From positions 1 to 37,897 of IMG/VR virus record IMGVR_UViG_3300029619_000018: 37,897 nt of DNA; one strand, written 5' to 3'. This document shows positions 34,881 through 37,897 of this stretch, in pieces (positions within the stretch are counted from its first letter, which is position 1; every line of letters begins with the position of its first letter). The DNA is from a virus. A program made the translations under genes and the position numbers. The notes below the pieces were generated by a model. The model did not search any database. It was not told the origin of the DNA and was given only the letters and a program-made list of their open reading frames with translations.

Positions 34881-35334
34881 AGAAATTATCCATTGTATAG
34901 TCAACCCATTTGTTTATCAAGGTATTGATATCCACAAGGCCAGAATGTGAGATGGCATCAAAGATGCACTCTCCACAAAAGTATGTATCTTCCCCGGTTC
35001 CGAGTATGTCCCCGAAGTGATGAAGGCCACTATAAGCATTGCATGTGTAGCATTGCGGCACATCGTCACGGCAGAACTCGCAATATGTTGGGTTCTTGCT
35101 TATCATCGCTTCAAGAGGATACCGGCTCCCGCAGTATTCGCACAGGAATGTTCTTTTGTCTAAGCAGTCTTTGCATAGATACTCGTCATTATATCCAACA
35201 TCAGTAAGATCATCTATGCCTGTAATTCTGCCGCAGATTGTGCAGGGGGCGAAGTCCTCTCCGTGATCCGCTGGCCGACTACCACAGCTACATAATAATA
35301 GAAGCGCGGCCAAAACAATAAATAGCTTTTTCAT
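34879..35334 (-). CDS. Cys-rich lipoprotein (six CxxC pairs)
   Basis: Signal peptide plus lipobox-like MKKLFIVLAALLLLCSCGS. CxxC pairs CTICG, CKDC, CEYCG, CEFC, CYTC, CGEC. AT-rich, with its own upstream intergenic region and a downstream hairpin. Confidence 0.7.
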   Translation of the reverse strand: MKKLFIVLAALLLLCSCGSRPADHGEDFAPCTICGRITGIDDLTDVGYNDEYLCKDCLDKRTFLCEYCGSRYPLEAMISKNPTYCEFCRDDVPQCYTCNAYSGLHHFGDILGTGEDTYFCGECIFDAISHSGLVDINTLINKWVDYTMDNF

Positions 35335-35613
35335 TTTGCCCCATCTCCTCTATCAGTCCTTTTTATTGGACACCCTGTGGTGTACTATTATATTTGTAAC
35401 GAACATATGTTTTATGCACAAAGAAATAGAAATAAAATCCACAAAACCGTCAATAGATTTTGGCAAATAAAGGGAGTATGATTAAGGTACGACATAATAA
35501 CACTACGCCGTGACGGAATCGTGCGTAAACGACATAAAGGAGAAGAGTAATGAAGGAACTAACAAAGGAGGAGACCCGTTTCATCGAACTGATGCGGCAG
35601 CACCCGGAGAATG

Positions 35614-35934
35614 TCACTTTTGCTCGCCGTGTTCTAATGCAAGCAGTGCCAGGCGCCGAGCATCGTCCCCAGCCTGACGAAACAAATCCAGCATAACCTT
35701 TTCCTCGTCAGACAGCTCACCTTCGGTGGGCTGTTTTTCTTTGCCCAAAAGCTCATCTACGGTGATGCCGAAGTACTCAGCGATTTTTGCAAGAGTAATA
35801 CCGTCCGGCGTTGCCCCTGTCTTTTTCCATTTTGTTGTTATGGAGTTGCTAAACCCCATATCGATGGCAGCTCTTGTTGGGGTAGTTTTCTTATTTTCAC
35901 ACAAAGCCTTGAAACGATCATAAAACATATACAA
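35614..35934 (-). CDS. XRE-family HTH repressor (CI-like)
   Basis: HTH segment TPTRAAIDMGFSNSITTKWKKTGATPDGITLAKIAEYFGITVDELLG. Divergent from the early operon. The start is either TTG 35934 (6 nt after GGAGG) or ATG 35928. Confidence 0.85.
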   Translation of the reverse strand: MYMFYDRFKALCENKKTTPTRAAIDMGFSNSITTKWKKTGATPDGITLAKIAEYFGITVDELLGKEKQPTEGELSDEEKVMLDLFRQAGDDARRLALLALEHGEQK

Positions 35935-35991
35935 AACTAACCTCCGTTATTTGTGCAAAACAAAGAAACTTCCTTAAGTTAGAAATCTGTC

Positions 35992-36020
35992 TTGACAAAA
36001 TAACCAAAGTTAGTTACAAT
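35992..36020 (+). promoter_or_regulatory. Early rightward promoter (sigma-70 consensus-like)
   Basis: TTGACA (35992-35997), 17-nt spacer, TACAAT (36015-36020). Reads into the cro-like gene. Confidence 0.75.
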
Positions 36021-36049
36021 ACAGATAGAGGGAATAACTTTGGTTATTT
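35998..36049. promoter_or_regulatory. Operator: perfect 15-bp inverted repeat AAATAACCAAAGTTA / TAACTTTGGTTATTT
   Basis: Arms at 35998-36012 and 36035-36049. The left arm fills the promoter spacer. Confidence 0.65.
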
Positions 36050-36110
36050 CCTCGCCACTTGGAAGTATGTAATGCGTGATATTCTTAGCACCTTTATTAT
36101 GCAGCGCAAA

Positions 36111-36127
36111 CTAACCAAAGTCAACTA
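36111..36127. promoter_or_regulatory. Third operator-like copy (CTAACCAAAGTCAACTA)
   Basis: Shares the 10-mer TAACCAAAGT with 36001-36010. Lies just upstream of the cro-like RBS. Confidence 0.5.
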
Positions 36128-36154
36128 CTTAGTTAAAGGAGCGTGAAAATTCGG

Positions 36155-36373
36155 ATGCCTGCACAATGGACGGGTAAGCTAATCGGCGAAATACACAACG
36201 CCGGTTTTACCATCAAAGAAGTGGCTCGGCGGGCGAACCTGCATGACAAGTATGTAAGCCAGGTCTTGAACGCTGACCGAGAGGCGCCCTCTGCGGAAGC
36301 AAAACTTCGCAAGGCGCTGGCCGAACTTATTAAGGAAAGGGAGGGGGAGAAATGCCAAAGGAACAACCCATGA
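36155..36373 (+). CDS. Cro-like / early HTH regulator
   Basis: First gene of the rightward operon. Contains FTIKEVARRANLHDKYVSQVLN, which is HTH-like. The start is ATG 36155, or GTG 36143 as in the ORF track. Confidence 0.6.
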   Translation: MPAQWTGKLIGEIHNAGFTIKEVARRANLHDKYVSQVLNADREAPSAEAKLRKALAELIKEREGEKCQRNNP

Positions 36374-36579
36374 AGGTAATAACAGTAGGCACCATAAATA
36401 TTTCCAAAATGCCGCAGAGCAAAAGGGATTTCCTTTGTGCCTGGTTGATGGAAGCAATGGAGCGCTTCTATTCCGATCCTGCCAATATGGCTGGTTTTTT
36501 GGAATGGGAAGCGAACTTGGAAAAAGAGAAGGAGGAACAACATGGAAGCAACAACCAACACCTTTATCCGGTGGTTTAA
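36352..36579 (+). CDS. Hypothetical early protein (75 aa)
   Basis: GGAGGGGGAG RBS before ATG 36352. Confidence 0.5.
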   Translation: MPKEQPMKVITVGTINISKMPQSKRDFLCAWLMEAMERFYSDPANMAGFLEWEANLEKEKEEQHGSNNQHLYPVV

Positions 36580-36775
36580 CTCGGATGAGATCGTACCCAG
36601 CAAGGACGGCCTTTACCTGTGCCAGACAAATCCGGGAAGATACGCTACCTTGCCATTCAGCACAAAGCATCAGATGTTCAATGTCAGCATAGATAATGTG
36701 GATTGCGCTATCGAAGTCCAGTGGTGGGCATTCCTGCCGGAGCTTCCGCAAAAGGAGGTACAGGAAGATGAGTAA
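36542..36775 (+). CDS. Hypothetical early protein, DUF551-like (tentative)
   Basis: AAGGAGGA RBS. The ending VQWWAFLPELP resembles the DUF551 W..lP pattern. Confidence 0.45.
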   Translation: MEATTNTFIRWFNSDEIVPSKDGLYLCQTNPGRYATLPFSTKHQMFNVSIDNVDCAIEVQWWAFLPELPQKEVQEDE

Positions 36776-36863
36776 AAAGGAGTGGCTGCAGGAAGCCTTG
36801 GCCGTAGTCCTCGGAATGGGAGCCATCTTCGCAGTAGCGGCTATCCTGCTGCTGGTGAGGTAA
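36768..36863 (+). CDS. Tiny single-TM protein (31 aa)
   Basis: AAAGGAGG RBS. Sequence MSKKEWLQEALAVVLGMGAIFAVAAILLLVR. Below the ORF-track cutoff. Confidence 0.4.
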   Translation: MSKKEWLQEALAVVLGMGAIFAVAAILLLVR

Positions 36864-36867
36864 GGCT

Positions 36868-37242
36868 ATGGAGCAGAACGAGAGGATAGCAGTTATCCGG
36901 GAGAAGTTCCCCGGTTACACCAAGCCGCTGGACAGTATGTGCAAGAAGCCGGGCTATTACGGAATTCGGCGGACTTCCGAAGCGGAAGCGCTGATAGCGG
37001 ACAAGCCCGGCAGGAAGCGGGAAGCAAACTATAAGCTGTCTGTGCGTATTCCTTTGGGTTATGTGAATATGGCGGAGTTCCGTCAGCAGCTTATCGAAAT
37101 GGGTTACTGTAATTTTACGGCATGGGTTCTGCGCTGTATCCGCCGCCAGCAGGAGGAGTACAAAAAAAGAAAGGCCCCCGTCAGAGACGGAGACCCAACC
37201 ACCACCACAAATATACACGATAAGGGGGGGGATGTCAAGTGA
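36868..37242 (+). CDS. Hypothetical early protein (124 aa)
   Basis: ORF with coupled neighbours. Basic C-terminal half. No motif was recognised. Confidence 0.5.
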   Translation: MEQNERIAVIREKFPGYTKPLDSMCKKPGYYGIRRTSEAEALIADKPGRKREANYKLSVRIPLGYVNMAEFRQQLIEMGYCNFTAWVLRCIRRQQEEYKKRKAPVRDGDPTTTTNIHDKGGDVK

Positions 37243-37897
37243 TCGTCTACAAGGGAACCGACAAGGACATGAAATGCCGAGGCTTCCAATTCGATCTTGG
37301 CAAAGAATATGTGGAGGAGGAAGCGAAACTGTGCGACAAAGGTTTCCATGGATGCGAGTACCCGCTGGATGTGTTCACCCATTACGCCCCGGCCGACAGT
37401 CGGTTTTTCGTGGCTGACCTCGATGGCGTGACGGACGAAGAAGAAGAAGGTGACAGCAAGCGAGCCGGAACGAAAATAAAGCTCCGGGCGGAAATCGGTA
37501 TCGCTGGTATTGTAAAGGCTGCGGTTGAGTACATAAAAGAAAAAGCAGAGAGCAGCAAAAATCAGACCGGCAACTGGAGCGCAGCCACCAACACCGGCGA
37601 CTATAGCGCAGCCACCAACACCGGTAACCGTAGCGCAGCCACCAACACCGGCTACTGTAGCGCAGCCACCAACACCGGCGACTATAGCGCAGCCACCAAC
37701 ACCGGCAACTGGAGTGCAGCCACCAACACCGGCGACTGGAGCGCAGCCACCAACACCGGCAACTGGAGCGCAGCCACCAACACCGGTAACCGTAGCGCAG
37801 CCACCAACACCGGCTACTGTAGCGCAGCCACCAACACCGGCAACTGGAGTGCAGCCACCAACACCGGCGACTGGAGCGCAGCCACCAACACCGGCAA
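37239..37897 (+). CDS. N-terminal part of the tandem 9-aa-repeat protein (3' partial; continues at 1..439)
   Basis: GTG 37239 follows AAGGGGGGGG and overlaps the previous stop (GTGA). Reads VIVYKGTDKDMKCRGFQFDLGKEYVEEEAKLCDKGFHGCEYPLDVF, an N-terminal domain I recall from prophage proteins (DUF7666-like, unverified). It then enters SAATNTGxx repeats and remains open to the window end. Confidence 0.7.
   Translation, partial: MIVYKGTDKDMKCRGFQFDLGKEYVEEEAKLCDKGFHGCEYPLDVFTHYAPADSRFFVADLDGVTDEEEEGDSKRAGTKIKLRAEIGIAGIVKAAVEYIKEKAESSKNQTGNWSAATNTGDYSAATNTGNRSAATNTGYCSAATNTGDYSAATNTGNWSAATNTGDWSAATNTGNWSAATNTGNRSAATNTGYCSAATNTGNWSAATNTGDWSAATNTG
37578..37897 (+). repeat. 27-bp coding tandem repeat, 11 full units plus a 23-nt partial unit
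   Basis: Direct reading. The variable di-residues run DY, NR, YC, DY, NW, DW, NW, NR, YC, NW, DW, N-. Confidence 0.95.

Larger units (their letters stand above)
1..37897. mobile_element. Complete temperate phage genome, circularly permuted (or repeat-bounded contig); each functional module is present once
   Basis: Contains integrase, repressor/cro switch, replication/recombination, terminase, portal, capsid, fibre and lysis modules. No host-like housekeeping genes. Both ends lie in the same repeat gene, in frame. Confidence 0.8.

Noticed and set aside
35550-35696. 48-codon + strand ORF (MKELTKEETRFIELMRQHPENV...) with a good AAAGGAGA RBS, converging on the repressor gene
   Set aside because: Its last 83 nt overlap the repressor CDS in antisense, and its tail is low-complexity. 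It may be a gene remnant or a very short real peptide, but I cannot support it.
37578-37897. Regularly spaced 27-bp repeats at both window ends, considered as a possible CRISPR array
   Set aside because: The units are contiguous with no spacers, lie in an open reading frame with a proper start and stop, and vary only at two codons. This is a coding tandem repeat.

Overview
The window reads as one complete, circularly permuted genome (about 37.9 kb) of a temperate, tail-tube-less (podovirus-like) dsDNA phage. The host is probably a Gram-positive, Clostridia-like bacterium, judged from strong GGAGG ribosome-binding sites, ATGA/TAATG coupled overlaps and mid-to-high GC. Both window ends lie inside the same 27-bp tandem-repeat gene, and the reading frame carries across the junction.

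Gene order on the + strand:
- Cro-like early operon.
- Repeat protein that spans the junction.
- Recombination and replication module: Rad52/Sak-type annealase, NinB-like protein, SSB, replisome organizer with internal iterons, PAPS-reductase-like protein, RusA.
- A run of small Cys-rich early genes, including a Lar-like protein.
- Sigma-like late regulator, tRNA-Thr(UGU), metallophosphoesterase.
- TerS, TerL, portal, scaffold, major capsid protein, strong terminator.
- Virion proteins and a collagen-like tail fibre.
- A four-gene radical-SAM/SPASM cassette whose likely substrate is a 206-aa protein with a 24-Cys CXXX ladder.
- Lysis cassette.
- A 2379-aa polyvalent (probably injected) protein with HExxH and PARP-like ART motifs.

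The - strand carries the lysogeny module: large serine integrase, a membrane protein, a moron-like Cys-rich lipoprotein and an XRE repressor. This module faces a consensus early promoter embedded in a 15-bp inverted-repeat operator set.

The most interesting candidate is the phage-borne CXXX-repeat/radical-SAM system, which sits in the tail-fibre position. The next candidates are the polyvalent effector protein, the variable-di-residue repeat protein and the lysogeny-module moron.

All functional calls come from reading motifs by eye. No database search was run.
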